Under the pieces are notes generated by a model, which made no database searches, was not told the origin of the DNA, and worked only from the letters and a program-made list of their open reading frames with translations. This document shows, piece after piece, positions 9,865-20,374 of a DNA stretch of 64,000 bases. The stretch spans positions 259,175-323,174 of IMG/VR virus record IMGVR_UViG_3300037722_000745; one strand, 5' to 3'. The number at the start of each line of letters is the position of its first letter. Position 1 is the stretch's first letter. The stretch comes from a virus (taxonomy: Duplodnaviria > Caudoviricetes). Position numbers and translations under genes: made by a program.

Positions 9865-10557
9865 TCACCCTAGACCCTGCGGAAGAATCCCTGTACGTCG
9901 AGCAAGCTCTCGTACTTGAAGAGGTGTCAACTCCGCGTCGAAGACAGCAACTGACTGTATAGCCTCATCGAACGGAGACGTGCCACCCGGAAACTCCATG
10001 AGAAAAAACGTCCCGGAGGTACCGCCACTAGGTGCCGTTACCGTCCCGCTCCCGACGTTTTCTCCATTGATGTACAGGTTGATACCAGTTCCTAGGGCAT
10101 CTCTGGTAGCACAAATGTGCTGCCAGACCATCGGTTGAGCACTGATTGTGGAATCAAAAATGTCGTCAGTGCCGCTGCCATGTTCGTGGTACCAGCGGAG
10201 CTTATTTCCGATGAAGCTCAAGTTCCAAATCGTATTGGTAGCTAAGGATTCTCCTGACCCGCCATACCCCACAATACCCTGCCACCCTGAAAAGCTGACA
10301 ACCCGCACCAAGGCAGCTACAGATACCGCAGCCGTTATCTGAAACGCTACATCGGCACTCTCCATCCGCCCAGAGTTTATGCAAAGCAGGTCGTGACGAT
10401 ACCCAACTATCTCTTCAGTAGACACGGCCTCCGTTAGCGACCTGCCATTCCCAGAAGAATCTACTAGCTTGTTGGCCCCATCGAGCTGGTACAACGCGAT
10501 TGGGGCCAACAAAGTGTCGTGTAAGCGCCGTCTAGCTATTCCTGATATGTACGTCAC
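9865..10557 (-). CDS. LamG/concanavalin-A-like virion protein
   Basis: VWQHICATRD...NLYING...AVFDAELT pattern; GTGA overlap with upstream gene gives start 10557. Confidence 0.75.
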   Translation of the reverse strand: MTYISGIARRRLHDTLLAPIALYQLDGANKLVDSSGNGRSLTEAVSTEEIVGYRHDLLCINSGRMESADVAFQITAAVSVAALVRVVSFSGWQGIVGYGGSGESLATNTIWNLSFIGNKLRWYHEHGSGTDDIFDSTISAQPMVWQHICATRDALGTGINLYINGENVGSGTVTAPSGGTSGTFFLMEFPGGTSPFDEAIQSVAVFDAELTPLQVRELARRTGILPQGLG

Positions 10558-11546
10558 ACCAATCGCCACCCTGCCCCGGTATAAAGGTAGTGCAGCGATA
10601 TTCCAGCCCCTCCGAAGTCAAAGCTAGATACCAACGCTTCGGTCACGGGATCCCAGATGGTCTCTCCGTTTCCTGAGATCGTGATGTCGGTGCCATCATC
10701 GGCATCCTCTAGGATTCCAAACTCATCACCGGGATTTGGTGATGTGGGCGCTGAAAGAGTAAAGGTGCCGCCGGAAGCGTCATATGCCTGGCGCTCTCCA
10801 ACGGAGATCGTGGTGTTCGCTGCAACTGCCGCAACGAACGTAAGACCACCACTCCCACCACTTCCGGCACCGGAGACCGTAGATTGGAATCGAACGATAG
10901 CGCCGATAAAGTCAATCGCAGCCACACCTGTGACGTTGGTCAGGTGCCACTCAAGAGATAGCACTGTAGCAGCAGCCAACGGATTCGTCGCATCGCCCGC
11001 GTCCAAGGTGAACCCAGCTCGATAAAGATCACCTGCGGCCAGCCCGTTGCCAGTTGTAACCGTAACTGAATCTGTAAGCTGAGTAGAGGTCTTGGCTGGC
11101 CCTGTGCCTGTCGACAACTCCTGTGACGCCGTGTAGTCGAGTGTGAAGTCTGCGGTTGTCGAGTCAGTCTCTGTTGTGGTCAGAGCAAATACGAGATCCA
11201 AAAACACATCCCCATGATCCCACTCCGGTGGCATTACCAGGGATAGCGCAACCGTCTCATCTACAGCATCGAAGCGGAGAGCCGGGACAGTCGGGGTGGT
11301 ACCGACCGTAGATGTCGTGGGGGGCGTGCTTCCAAGGGTCCAACTCTCAATCCCGATGGGACAACCAACAAGCCCGCCTGGATTCACCCATGCAGCGGAT
11401 GTAGCCCCACTAGCTCTAAGAAGCTGTCCAGCTACTGGCGGTGCAGCCGCACCTACTACAACCGGGGATCCTGTCGTAGCTAGCTCCGTAGCTCCCTGTT
11501 GCCCAGGAGCCGGCTCAGTTTCTGTTTTCGTGAGATATGCTTTCAT
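10554..11546 (-). CDS. Virion/tail-associated protein
   Basis: T/G/A-rich beta-type composition; within structural module. Confidence 0.7.
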   Translation of the reverse strand: MKAYLTKTETEPAPGQQGATELATTGSPVVVGAAAPPVAGQLLRASGATSAAWVNPGGLVGCPIGIESWTLGSTPPTTSTVGTTPTVPALRFDAVDETVALSLVMPPEWDHGDVFLDLVFALTTTETDSTTADFTLDYTASQELSTGTGPAKTSTQLTDSVTVTTGNGLAAGDLYRAGFTLDAGDATNPLAAATVLSLEWHLTNVTGVAAIDFIGAIVRFQSTVSGAGSGGSGGLTFVAAVAANTTISVGERQAYDASGGTFTLSAPTSPNPGDEFGILEDADDGTDITISGNGETIWDPVTEALVSSFDFGGAGISLHYLYTGAGWRLV

Positions 11547-11551
11547 ACCGG

Positions 11552-13036
11552 TTACCGCCTAGTGGCTAACGAACCGTGTGCCCCTAATACAGACGATGGA
11601 GCAGAAGCAAACGTGGTCTTGCCGTCAAAGGCCGCACCTCCATCTTGCTGCCAGTCATTCGTTCCACCCCCTTCGCCCACGTCAGGAGCAGATGACATAT
11701 GGATCCGACTAGCACCTGACTGCTGTACGACTAACTGCCCAGGAGTCTGGGCTTTGATCTTCACGCCGCCTGTCATATACACGGCCATGTCATCCAAGAT
11801 CCTGACCACGGGAGAAGCGCTTTGGATGTCCACATTCGTTAACTGTAAAGAGCCTGGCCTCCCTGTCAGATTGAATGCGCTGATGCCAGAATTTCTGATC
11901 AGAACAGGCGTGGCAGATCGACCTTGGATAACCAACAGAAAGTTCCGAGCAGTGGCTGCTGTCACGCCAACGTCTCCGCCAAAGCACCACACTTGGCCTT
12001 GGTTAACCCCGGACAACCCGGTGCCCAAGGTATCAACGCACCAATGGCCCCACAATACTGCTTGTTGACCCACCACAGCGAACGCGTGACATGCGACGAA
12101 GACACAACCTGAGCCAAAAAAATTCTCGAATCCTGGGATCCCTAACCCGGATGCAAATCCAGCATACGCTGCCTCCCTGGACAACCCTCGGCCAAGACCG
12201 ACCACGCCAGTCGTGCGGTACACGTCGAAGAAGCTCGACTCAGTATCTGCAAGGATTACTCCATACATGTACACAGGCGCTCGGCCAAAGGAGAGGCTGT
12301 CGTATGATGGTGAGTTCTGGAACCGAAGCCATTCGAACGAGAAGAACCCCTCGACGTCCAAGTGTGAGGCACTCGAAGCACCTGTATCGGCAAACGTGTG
12401 CGTCATAGACAACGGCGACGGGGTATCACCGACTACAGGGTAGGTCGCTAACACTCGACCTCCTGGATCCGGAGGAACCAGGATAGCAGTTGGTTCGATT
12501 ACCCGATAACTATCACCGTCCGCCGGAGTGGCAGCAAGCTCGTCAGTTACTGGGATCAAGTCGTCTCCGCTTACATTACGGATTTGAACTCTGATCCCTG
12601 CCGCAGCACCGTCCAACCACTCGATCCACCTGTGTGCCAACCCACCTGGTAACCCTCCACTCGTGACAAATACGCTCTTGGATGTCCCTGCTTGAGCGGT
12701 GCCGGTATGAAGAGTGGTGAATACAGAGGGATCCCATACTTCATCAGCATAAACCCGGATCCAACCACCTCCAGTGAACGAAAGACCCACAAAAAACCCG
12801 TTGTCTTCCGGCATCACATAGGTTTCGTTCCTAATGTGAATGTTGACTTTGTGTCCGACCTCCGAGGGGAAACGTTGAAGAGCTTCTGCCAGACTTTGAA
12901 GTGGTTCGGCCTGAGTTCCAGCATTATCGTCGTCTCCTAAACTAGGAGACACATACAGGTCAACAGTAACCGAGGATGGAACGGAATCGGTCGATCTAGT
13001 GAATAAGGTCCCAAACCCATCATTGTTGATCGCCAT
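11552..13036 (-). CDS. Tailspike-like / beta-helix-type protein
   Basis: LYVSPSLGDDDNAGTQAEPLQSLAEAL motif typical of pectin-lyase-like N-termini. Confidence 0.65.
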   Translation of the reverse strand: MAINNDGFGTLFTRSTDSVPSSVTVDLYVSPSLGDDDNAGTQAEPLQSLAEALQRFPSEVGHKVNIHIRNETYVMPEDNGFFVGLSFTGGGWIRVYADEVWDPSVFTTLHTGTAQAGTSKSVFVTSGGLPGGLAHRWIEWLDGAAAGIRVQIRNVSGDDLIPVTDELAATPADGDSYRVIEPTAILVPPDPGGRVLATYPVVGDTPSPLSMTHTFADTGASSASHLDVEGFFSFEWLRFQNSPSYDSLSFGRAPVYMYGVILADTESSFFDVYRTTGVVGLGRGLSREAAYAGFASGLGIPGFENFFGSGCVFVACHAFAVVGQQAVLWGHWCVDTLGTGLSGVNQGQVWCFGGDVGVTAATARNFLLVIQGRSATPVLIRNSGISAFNLTGRPGSLQLTNVDIQSASPVVRILDDMAVYMTGGVKIKAQTPGQLVVQQSGASRIHMSSAPDVGEGGGTNDWQQDGGAAFDGKTTFASAPSSVLGAHGSLATRR

Positions 13037-13037
13037 A

Positions 13038-13460
13038 TCAAAGTAACCGGATGTAGAATGTCATGGGGAAGGCTGTAACGTTAGTGATCGTCGTGGTTGT
13101 AAAACCACTGTTATGGATGATGTCAACGGTCCCTGTGGCATCAACCCAATCGGCGACAACTTGCTTGAGGACATAGACAACGGGAGCAAACCCAAAGTTG
13201 TGTGTCAGAACGGTTGTGTCCGCTCCCCCACTTGCCTCCAAATCGACTTGATCTTCAAGCGTTATAGCACCGGCCTGAGAGAACCCTTTTAAATCTCCTG
13301 CCACCGCGCTGCGTAACACTTCCGAAGTGTTTTGAAGGTACGCCGCTGCTCCAGGCCCTAGATAGCGGTCTTCGCTGCGACGTGCTTCCGTTTGAGAAGC
13401 ATGAACTACCTTCAAGTCACTCAGGTAGATCCGATTGTTCGAGATGTTAGTGACTTTCAT
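13038..13460 (-). CDS. Small virion protein
   Basis: Tightly packed in structural operon. Confidence 0.7.
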   Translation of the reverse strand: MKVTNISNNRIYLSDLKVVHASQTEARRSEDRYLGPGAAAYLQNTSEVLRSAVAGDLKGFSQAGAITLEDQVDLEASGGADTTVLTHNFGFAPVVYVLKQVVADWVDATGTVDIIHNSGFTTTTITNVTAFPMTFYIRLL

Positions 13461-13503
13461 TTAGCTTGCTCTAGCCACCTAGGCGGGCCAATCAAAAGAC
13501 TAC

Positions 13504-16500
13504 TCAGGCCCCGTGCTCAAATACCTTCCCTAGCACTCTCCACTCAATTGTGTGAGCTGCTTCTCCAGTGACCCGGATCAAGACGTCTTGAGAGGATACG
13601 GCCAAGGTCACATCCCATGCAGAAGCCCCGGCTGATTCGTACGACGTGACCACTTCATCTAAGGAGGTCACAGCGCTGGCGCCGTCCCGGTTGAACGTGG
13701 CTAGGAACTTCTGGCGAATTGTATCGTCCGTAGCTTCTCGCCCAACGACCGTGAACTCTAGCTCGATCACTCGCTCATCCGCTAAGGTCGAATACGTCGC
13801 TATGGTGGTGACTGTCGCGTCGGTTGTTTGCACTGTGGCATCAAGGAACGTCTGGCCTGGGAACAGCACCGAGAGTGCATCAGCCGCTGTAAGGCCACCT
13901 AAAGCTCCAGCAGCAGTACGACCGACGATCCTTGATGCAGCAACGGCCAGGCCCCCCACGTTGCCGCCTGCGGGGCGAGCAACCAACTCATCCTCACCGA
14001 CCGCCAATGCCGAAATCGATCCACTAGTCTGACGGCCCAAGACCGTCTCTTCTGCAACCGTCAGAGCTACTGGGGTGTCATCACTGTCAGCCTTGAGGAT
14101 CGTGTTGGCATCAAAGATAGATGCCTCCACCCCTCGAAGCATGGCCACAACTGCCCACCGGGCTCCTTGCAGATCATACTGAATGAAGACTGACTCACCG
14201 TGAGCCAGTCTGTAGTCCACAGACCCAGGACAGTTAAACCTATCCACTGCTGCTGCACCAACATCTTCATGGGCCAGCACCACATCCGTGAGTCGGAAGT
14301 TGGTCAGCTTTTTGATCAGAACATCGGTAGTAAAGGTTACGTCCAACCCTTGAAGCGTCAAAGCACCAGGGCCACCCGCAAAGAGGACAGAGATTGCTCC
14401 TGACCAACCAGTGGGTGCGTAGGCAGCAACCGACCCCGCAGACGTAGTGTCCACCAAGTAATCGGTAGCCTGTCTTTGCAATAAGCTGAGGACTTGGCTC
14501 GAATCGAGAGCAGCAATCACCCCACCGGTCTGCCTGCCCAAGACCGTCTCTTCCGAGACTGTCAGAGCTACTGGGGTGTCATCACTGTCAGCCTTCAGAA
14601 TCGTGTTAGCGTCGAACAGTGACGCCTGGACACCAGAAGAGATCGTATCCAGGAGGATCCATCGAGATGTCGAGAAGTTGTACTGGAAGACGATCGACTC
14701 GGTTGGCGCTAGCGTGAAATCAACTGCACCAGGACAGGCTATTCTCTCAGTGGCCACCGCGGACCCGCTCTCATGCGCGAAGACAACGTTCGCAGTGCCA
14801 CCGTTAGTGAACCTCTTCCACGGAACCGTCGAGTCAGCGAAGCGATCCATGCCCTGGATGGTAAGCAGGCTAGCTCCCGTCCAATGCACAGCGTACGCCC
14901 CATCGAATCCACCCGGAGCGTAGGCCGCTTCAGTCCCAGTCGTGCTATCAGTAACCTGACCGGCGATTCCAGCCAACAGGATGTGAAGCGCCTGGTAATC
15001 TTCGAGAGGGCCTAGGTCTCCGGTCAGACTTCGGCCAAGCAGTCGTAGTGCTCCAACGGAGATAGCAGTGATGTCTGCCCCTTGCCTACCAAGGACCGCG
15101 TTGGTTCCAACCGTCAGGGCTACTGGGGTGTCATCACTGTCAGCCTTGAGGATCGTGTTGGCGTCAAAGAGAGTGGCGCTAATACCACCGCTACCAGCCG
15201 GCGGAAGAGGGATGATCCACCGCGTTGCCGTCGTGTCGTAGAACAGCTGGACGTACTCGTCAGGCCCAACTGTGTAGTCAACATCCCCAGGCAAATCGAA
15301 GCGGTTGGTGGGGCCAGATCCAGTGTCCTCATGCGCAAGGACGAGATCTGTTGTCCCATAGTTCCTGATGACCCTCCACAAGTACTGATCATTGTCAGAC
15401 GCAGTTGGGGCATCCAAACCAGTGACTGTGATTACGTCTGTGTTCGGGGCGACCTTGTAATACCGGGCCCCTGTGTTACCCCACAAATTATTCAGCGTTT
15501 GTGGCCCTGCAAGGGCTCCTTCGTCGAAGATCGTGTTGTCGACCAAGTACCCCAGCTCTGCCTTGGACAGAGATTTCAGGTCGTTCCCCTCACTGCGGCC
15601 TAGAACGCCATCTGTACCCAAGGAGACTGCGCCCGTTATCCCTGTCCCAACTCGAGCGACAGCTGAGTTCTCTCCAGGATTTATGGCATCTAGTGCGCCG
15701 AACTCGTCGACCGAAACCAAACCGTTGGCTCCGTTGCCAACTTTAGGGTGTAACCACCCATTGGTGACTCTCCACCCATCACGATCGGCATCAAACTGAC
15801 ACTCTACGTAGGAGTGGACCCCTACGAACTGAATGGATCCGACACCATCTCTGCCAACGGTCAGGTCTATGACCTTGCCGTTACCGCTTACGGTCAACTT
15901 GTTGGTCCCATTAGCGTTGGGACCATCCTCATAGAAGCCCACCCTATCATCCGCACTAGGAGAACTTGGGAGTGAAGCTGTGATTCCGGATACCTCACTG
16001 TCCCACCGCATGATTTTCCCAGCAACCGCGTTGAAAGACAAAGCTTGGACAGCCGTGTCGAACGCCAAGCCACTACTAGTACCTGCCGCGCCTGCGGCGA
16101 CAACAAACCAACGAAGTTGCCCAGAAGCGTCATAGACCACAGAGACTGCTTCACCAGGAGCCACTGTGTAGTCGGTTGCTCCTGGCAGTCTGAAACGGTT
16201 GCTCGCTACACTACCGGCGTTTTCGTGGCTGAGAACTAGATTTGTGGTGCCATCGTTCCAGAGAACTCGCCAATAGTAGAAACTGTTGTCCGACGCGTTT
16301 GGAGCATCGATTCCAGTGAGTGTGACGATGTCTGTATTGGGGGCAATACGTACTTGCCGTGAGCTACTGGAAAAAGCGTTGTGGATCGTGGCTGGCCCCG
16401 CGGTGGCCCCAGCATTGAAAATGGTCTTGTCTACAATATATCCGAGCTGACCGGCCGATAACGCCTGCAAGTCACCTCCCTCGGTTCGGCCAGGCACCGA

Positions 16501-16716
16501 GAAGTCAGGGATAGCTAGGCTTCCTTGCGGATTCGAACCTGCCTTTGCGAGTATCGAGTCGTCTGTCAACTGCTCTTGAGCAATGGTGGTGACGGCCCCT
16601 ACATCATCCTTGGTTTTGACCAAGTCGTCTGCGGGATCGACGAACACCCGGATCCGGTTACTGCTTGTTGCAGCCGCGACAGAACCTGGGCTTTCCTTTT
16701 CAAACTCGATGCTCAT
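13504..16716 (-). CDS. Modular tail fibre-like protein with internal repeats
   Basis: 1070 aa; 3x FDANTILKADSDDTPVALTV; 4x (L/F)(A/S)HE...GxxD(Y/F) modules. Confidence 0.75.
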   Translation of the reverse strand: MSIEFEKESPGSVAAATSSNRIRVFVDPADDLVKTKDDVGAVTTIAQEQLTDDSILAKAGSNPQGSLAIPDFSVPGRTEGGDLQALSAGQLGYIVDKTIFNAGATAGPATIHNAFSSSSRQVRIAPNTDIVTLTGIDAPNASDNSFYYWRVLWNDGTTNLVLSHENAGSVASNRFRLPGATDYTVAPGEAVSVVYDASGQLRWFVVAAGAAGTSSGLAFDTAVQALSFNAVAGKIMRWDSEVSGITASLPSSPSADDRVGFYEDGPNANGTNKLTVSGNGKVIDLTVGRDGVGSIQFVGVHSYVECQFDADRDGWRVTNGWLHPKVGNGANGLVSVDEFGALDAINPGENSAVARVGTGITGAVSLGTDGVLGRSEGNDLKSLSKAELGYLVDNTIFDEGALAGPQTLNNLWGNTGARYYKVAPNTDVITVTGLDAPTASDNDQYLWRVIRNYGTTDLVLAHEDTGSGPTNRFDLPGDVDYTVGPDEYVQLFYDTTATRWIIPLPPAGSGGISATLFDANTILKADSDDTPVALTVGTNAVLGRQGADITAISVGALRLLGRSLTGDLGPLEDYQALHILLAGIAGQVTDSTTGTEAAYAPGGFDGAYAVHWTGASLLTIQGMDRFADSTVPWKRFTNGGTANVVFAHESGSAVATERIACPGAVDFTLAPTESIVFQYNFSTSRWILLDTISSGVQASLFDANTILKADSDDTPVALTVSEETVLGRQTGGVIAALDSSQVLSLLQRQATDYLVDTTSAGSVAAYAPTGWSGAISVLFAGGPGALTLQGLDVTFTTDVLIKKLTNFRLTDVVLAHEDVGAAAVDRFNCPGSVDYRLAHGESVFIQYDLQGARWAVVAMLRGVEASIFDANTILKADSDDTPVALTVAEETVLGRQTSGSISALAVGEDELVARPAGGNVGGLAVAASRIVGRTAAGALGGLTAADALSVLFPGQTFLDATVQTTDATVTTIATYSTLADERVIELEFTVVGREATDDTIRQKFLATFNRDGASAVTSLDEVVTSYESAGASAWDVTLAVSSQDVLIRVTGEAAHTIEWRVLGKVFEHGA
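14060..15168. repeat. Three intragenic repeats of about 56 nt
   Basis: Copies start at 14060, 14561 and 15113; identical core ctactggggtgtcatcactgtcagcctt. Confidence 0.85.
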
Positions 16717-17288
16717 AGCAGCACAACTTCTCCAATCATGATGAGAGTTCCGTACACGTTGATCCCACCATGCACGATCATTTGTTGATGTTGAGGCACA
16801 GTGACTGTTTCCCCTACGGGGATCGTCTTGTAGCTAAAATTGATAGAGGAGGAACCTCCAGAACGGATCAAGGGGTTGACTTTGGTGGCCCACCCAAAGT
16901 CCACACTACCCTCCCTAGTCTCCGTGACGAAGCCCACCCTCGTCCCGAAGGTTGTTAGGGTATAGAGACCAAAGGTGGTCTCTAACGGGCCTCCCACCCC
17001 AGTCACCATGCTGCGGAAACCTACGGCCCTACCGTCGCCGTTTGGGAACGGGAAAGTTACGACGGTGGAAGGAGACAGGACTAGATGGGAGACAGGATTG
17101 ACGTCTGTCAACGTTGGAGTAGTGCTGAGTTCATCCGTACCGAGGACCTCTAAGTACCACTCTGTTGCGCTTGCTGAGTCCAGCAAACGAACCCCAATGG
17201 TGTTGCTCGCTGTGACGTTTACGCCTCCTGTCGTTGCGACAAAGGGACCCGCTCCATCTTGGACTTGGCAGACCGGAGAAAGAGGCAT
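16713..17288 (-). CDS. Virion protein, first gene of structural operon
   Basis: Overlaps start of tail fibre gene. Confidence 0.7.
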   Translation of the reverse strand: MPLSPVCQVQDGAGPFVATTGGVNVTASNTIGVRLLDSASATEWYLEVLGTDELSTTPTLTDVNPVSHLVLSPSTVVTFPFPNGDGRAVGFRSMVTGVGGPLETTFGLYTLTTFGTRVGFVTETREGSVDFGWATKVNPLIRSGGSSSINFSYKTIPVGETVTVPQHQQMIVHGGINVYGTLIMIGEVVLL

Positions 17289-17413
17289 GGATCACACCGT
17301 GTGGAATGAAACGAGCATTTTGCGATGTCGCACCTAGGCGAGGGGTTTCCACAAAGGGACACCATAAGGAAAATGTGACCGGCGGTTTTTCTTCTTTTGG
17401 GTGGAACTTGTTC

Positions 17414-18037
17414 ATGACAACCACCGAACGTGTCTACGTCCGATATCTGCTAGCGAAGACCGCTCGTCTCAACCCTGGTGACTCTGTAGAGAAGGGGTCC
17501 CTGCGCCTGCACCGCTTCATGGATTCACTGGTTCTGTGGGATCTCACGAATGCTGGCAAACGAGGTAAGCGCGTCGAGAAGACCGTTGTCATCCCGAAGT
17601 ACACGCTGGGAAGCGACATCGATCGTCGTGGGCTGCTTGATCGATTGGGACAGACGCTCGAACACTACAGCAGCTACGCTAGGGCCCGAGGTTACATTTC
17701 CGACTATCTCAAGGACTACCCAAACGACCTCGAAATCCACGAGTACCAAGAGCGTGGGGTCGACGTAACACCCGCGGGCTTCAAGCCTCTCGTCATCAGA
17801 ACCGACAAGATCCTCATAGAAGCGGACTACGACGGCTTCCGGATCGTGAACCGCAGTGATCAGTACAACGAACCCACATGCATCCCGGCGGCCACGGGTG
17901 GCAAGAAGAGCATCCCGGTCTTCTACCGCTGGGTGCAGGACAACGAATCACGGATCAAGCGCATGACCTTCTACGAGGTCCAAAACGAAATGCAGCGTCT
18001 CGGGATCAAGTACCACTACTACTGCGCCATAGACTAA
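17414..18037 (+). CDS. Hypothetical protein with RVxxR[FYH]LxAKT N-terminal motif
   Basis: MTTTERVYVRYLLAKT; start at ATG 17414 inferred. Confidence 0.7.
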   Translation: MTTTERVYVRYLLAKTARLNPGDSVEKGSLRLHRFMDSLVLWDLTNAGKRGKRVEKTVVIPKYTLGSDIDRRGLLDRLGQTLEHYSSYARARGYISDYLKDYPNDLEIHEYQERGVDVTPAGFKPLVIRTDKILIEADYDGFRIVNRSDQYNEPTCIPAATGGKKSIPVFYRWVQDNESRIKRMTFYEVQNEMQRLGIKYHYYCAID

Positions 18038-18074
18038 GGGAGACTGCGCCCTCTGATTCGGTGTATCCATCGAG

Positions 18075-18677
18075 GTGCACGACGGCATCCTCAGTAACCT
18101 AGCCATCCATCAGGCGGTTGAAGCGGGCGATATCCAGATCGATCCTTTCGACCCCGAACAGATCAACATCACCAGCTATGACTTAACGCTGGGGAGTGAA
18201 GTCCGCATCTATCGGGATCCTAGCTACCCGATTCTCGACCCTGACATTTATCCTGACCTGGTCCCGCCTCGCGTCGAGCTAGATGCTCGCAAGGAGCCGA
18301 CCTCGATGTCCTGGAAGTTCGACTCTGAAACCGGGGTGTTGCTACATCCAGGTGTCGGCTATCTGATGCATACAAGGGAACGGATCTGCACCACGAAGTA
18401 CAACCCCATCCTCGACGGCAAGTCGAGTATTGGTCGCCTCTTCATTCAGGTCCACGCCACTGCAGGCTATGGTGATCCAGGCTTCGATGGGCAGTACACA
18501 CTCGAAGTGATTGTCCAGTACCCCGTACGGGTTTACGCCGGCATGCGCTTCTGCCAGATTCGGTTCCACACGATTGCCGGGGAGCTGTCGCGAACCTATG
18601 ATCGCGTCGGACACTACACACAGGAACAAGCCCAAGGGGCAGTTGCTTCACAAGCCTGGCGGCAGTTCAAGTCGTGA
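18075..18677 (+). CDS. dcd: dCTP deaminase
   Basis: SYDLTLG, GKSSIGRLF, GYGDPGFDGQYTLEV, FCQIRF motifs. Confidence 0.9.
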   Translation: MHDGILSNLAIHQAVEAGDIQIDPFDPEQINITSYDLTLGSEVRIYRDPSYPILDPDIYPDLVPPRVELDARKEPTSMSWKFDSETGVLLHPGVGYLMHTRERICTTKYNPILDGKSSIGRLFIQVHATAGYGDPGFDGQYTLEVIVQYPVRVYAGMRFCQIRFHTIAGELSRTYDRVGHYTQEQAQGAVASQAWRQFKS

Positions 18678-18891
18678 CCTGTCACGGCGCTGACCGTCGT
18701 TGAGTATCCCCTGCCACAACGCCTCGTGGAGCGTCGCCTGACGTCGGGGACGACGACGCACCCAGATCCAGACAAGGATAACGCTTAACGCGATCGCGGT
18801 CTCAAACCACATGTTCCTCTAATACACCACCAACCGGTGTATTATAAGGTGTTCCTAAGTACTCTGATCTCACGATGGTGTAGAAGCACCC

Positions 18892-19314
18892 ATGACCACA
18901 CCTACTCCAGAGCAACTCACCCTTCTCAACGACCTTCGTGACGCTGTTGCTGACAACGTGAAGAATAGAGGCTTCCGGGCGCAGATGGTTGAGGGTTTGA
19001 CCCCAGACCAATGGGAAGGGCCTGTAGGGGAACGCCTGAGGGCTGCGATCTTCACGGCTAACCAACACGGGGAAGCCTCCGAGTTCTGGGAAGCCTTCCG
19101 CAACGGGCTCCTACACGAGCCGTGCAACAAGGCTGCAAAGATGGAGGCCCTGGGACTTCCCGGGCTCACTTACGCAGAAGAAGAGATCGCGGACGAGATC
19201 ATCCGAGCCCTCGATAAGGCGGAAGCTTTCGGAGTGGATGTGGCCAAAGCCATAGCGGTCAAGATGGCTTACAACACTAGCCGACCTTTGCTGCACGGCG
19301 GTAAGAAAGCCTAA
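18892..19314 (+). CDS. MazG-like NTP pyrophosphohydrolase
   Basis: HGEASEFWEAFR...EEEIADEIIRALD...KMAYNTSRP. Confidence 0.8.
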   Translation: MTTPTPEQLTLLNDLRDAVADNVKNRGFRAQMVEGLTPDQWEGPVGERLRAAIFTANQHGEASEFWEAFRNGLLHEPCNKAAKMEALGLPGLTYAEEEIADEIIRALDKAEAFGVDVAKAIAVKMAYNTSRPLLHGGKKA

Positions 19315-19505
19315 CGTTCCAACAACTTGTAGTGGCGGGCAACATGTTGCCCGTGCTTCGTGAGGACCCAACGGCCTCGAAACTCTACAAGGTGGTAGCG
19401 CCGAAGTGGCCGCTGAAGCTCCGGACGAAAGCCCTTCAGCACGAAGTCTTCGAGGGCTCGGAGCCCTTCCTCAGGAAGCAACTCCAGGCGTACAATCTCC
19501 ACCAT
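19311..19505 (-). CDS. Small hypothetical protein
   Basis: 64 aa ORF filling the gap. Confidence 0.45.
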   Translation of the reverse strand: MVEIVRLELLPEEGLRALEDFVLKGFRPELQRPLRRYHLVEFRGRWVLTKHGQHVARHYKLLER

Positions 19506-19546
19506 CAGAGCAGTAGAGCCAACTCGTGTTGAGAAGTCAAAAAGAC

Positions 19547-19575
19547 TTTTAGATCTTCCCTGTGTGATGTGTAAT
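19547..19575 (+). promoter_or_regulatory. Class A promoter-like motif, predicted leaderless start
   Basis: TTTTAG-N17-TGTAAT, ATG 7 nt downstream. Confidence 0.65.
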
Positions 19576-19582
19576 ACCTACT

Positions 19583-19960
19583 ATGGACGATCTATTCGAA
19601 CTCGAGGTAGAGGCTCGTACCGCTGCTGACGCTAGCGTGACCCCCTCCCAAGAAGCCCTGAAACCCGGAGACTACTGTCTCCGGGAAGCCCACGGGTTGG
19701 CCATCTACAGTGAGATCCTGGACGCTGCCGAGGTTATCTTGGGGGGCCGGGATTTCAAGGACTTGGACCCCGAAGATCAAGAGGAAGTCACTGACACGCG
19801 AAAGTCCTACGCCCAACCCCACATGAGATACTACCGTTTCACACGGTCCTACAGCCGGGCTTGTCCAAACGGTGAATTGGGAGACATCCACGTCTCTACG
19901 GTAAAGAAAGTGCTCACAGCCGTTCAATTCCAGGCCGCGCGTGAAGCGGGATGGCCCTAG
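19583..19960 (+). CDS. Hypothetical protein
   Basis: ORF directly after class A motif. Confidence 0.7.
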   Translation: MDDLFELEVEARTAADASVTPSQEALKPGDYCLREAHGLAIYSEILDAAEVILGGRDFKDLDPEDQEEVTDTRKSYAQPHMRYYRFTRSYSRACPNGELGDIHVSTVKKVLTAVQFQAAREAGWP

Positions 19961-19994
19961 TAACAACAAGGCGCACTTTTACACTCGCACAGTC

Positions 19995-20333
19995 ATGACA
20001 CTCGCACTTTCAAGCTACCCGTCTACCAAAAAGGGTGCTGAAGAAATTCTCGAGGTCGCACGAGACAGAATCGTTCGGTTGTGGAAGCGACGTCGAGTGA
20101 CCAAAAGGACAGACGACCTGGTGGCAATTATAGATGGGGTCAAAAACTGCGTCCATATGAAGACGCGGGTCTCGGCTTACAATCAGGTGGCATCCCAATC
20201 CGAGAAACATGACCTGTTGCCCCGGCTGAGGCAGCCAGCTCCAAGCCATCCAGGCGGGGTTGTAATCTGGGCTCTCATTGGGTTCGCCGACGGTCGGGTG
20301 TGTATCCTACCGTTTACGGTTGCGAGATCATAA
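19995..20333 (+). CDS. Hypothetical protein
   Basis: ORF; start inferred. Confidence 0.55.
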   Translation: MTLALSSYPSTKKGAEEILEVARDRIVRLWKRRRVTKRTDDLVAIIDGVKNCVHMKTRVSAYNQVASQSEKHDLLPRLRQPAPSHPGGVVIWALIGFADGRVCILPFTVARS

Positions 20334-20374
20334 AAAACCTTTTAAGTTTTGCCTTTCTCCGGTGTAATAGAGAT

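Noticed and set aside
13504-16716. Diversity-generating retroelement
   Set aside because: No reverse transcriptase in the window; repeats are in-frame coding modules without adenine-specific differences.
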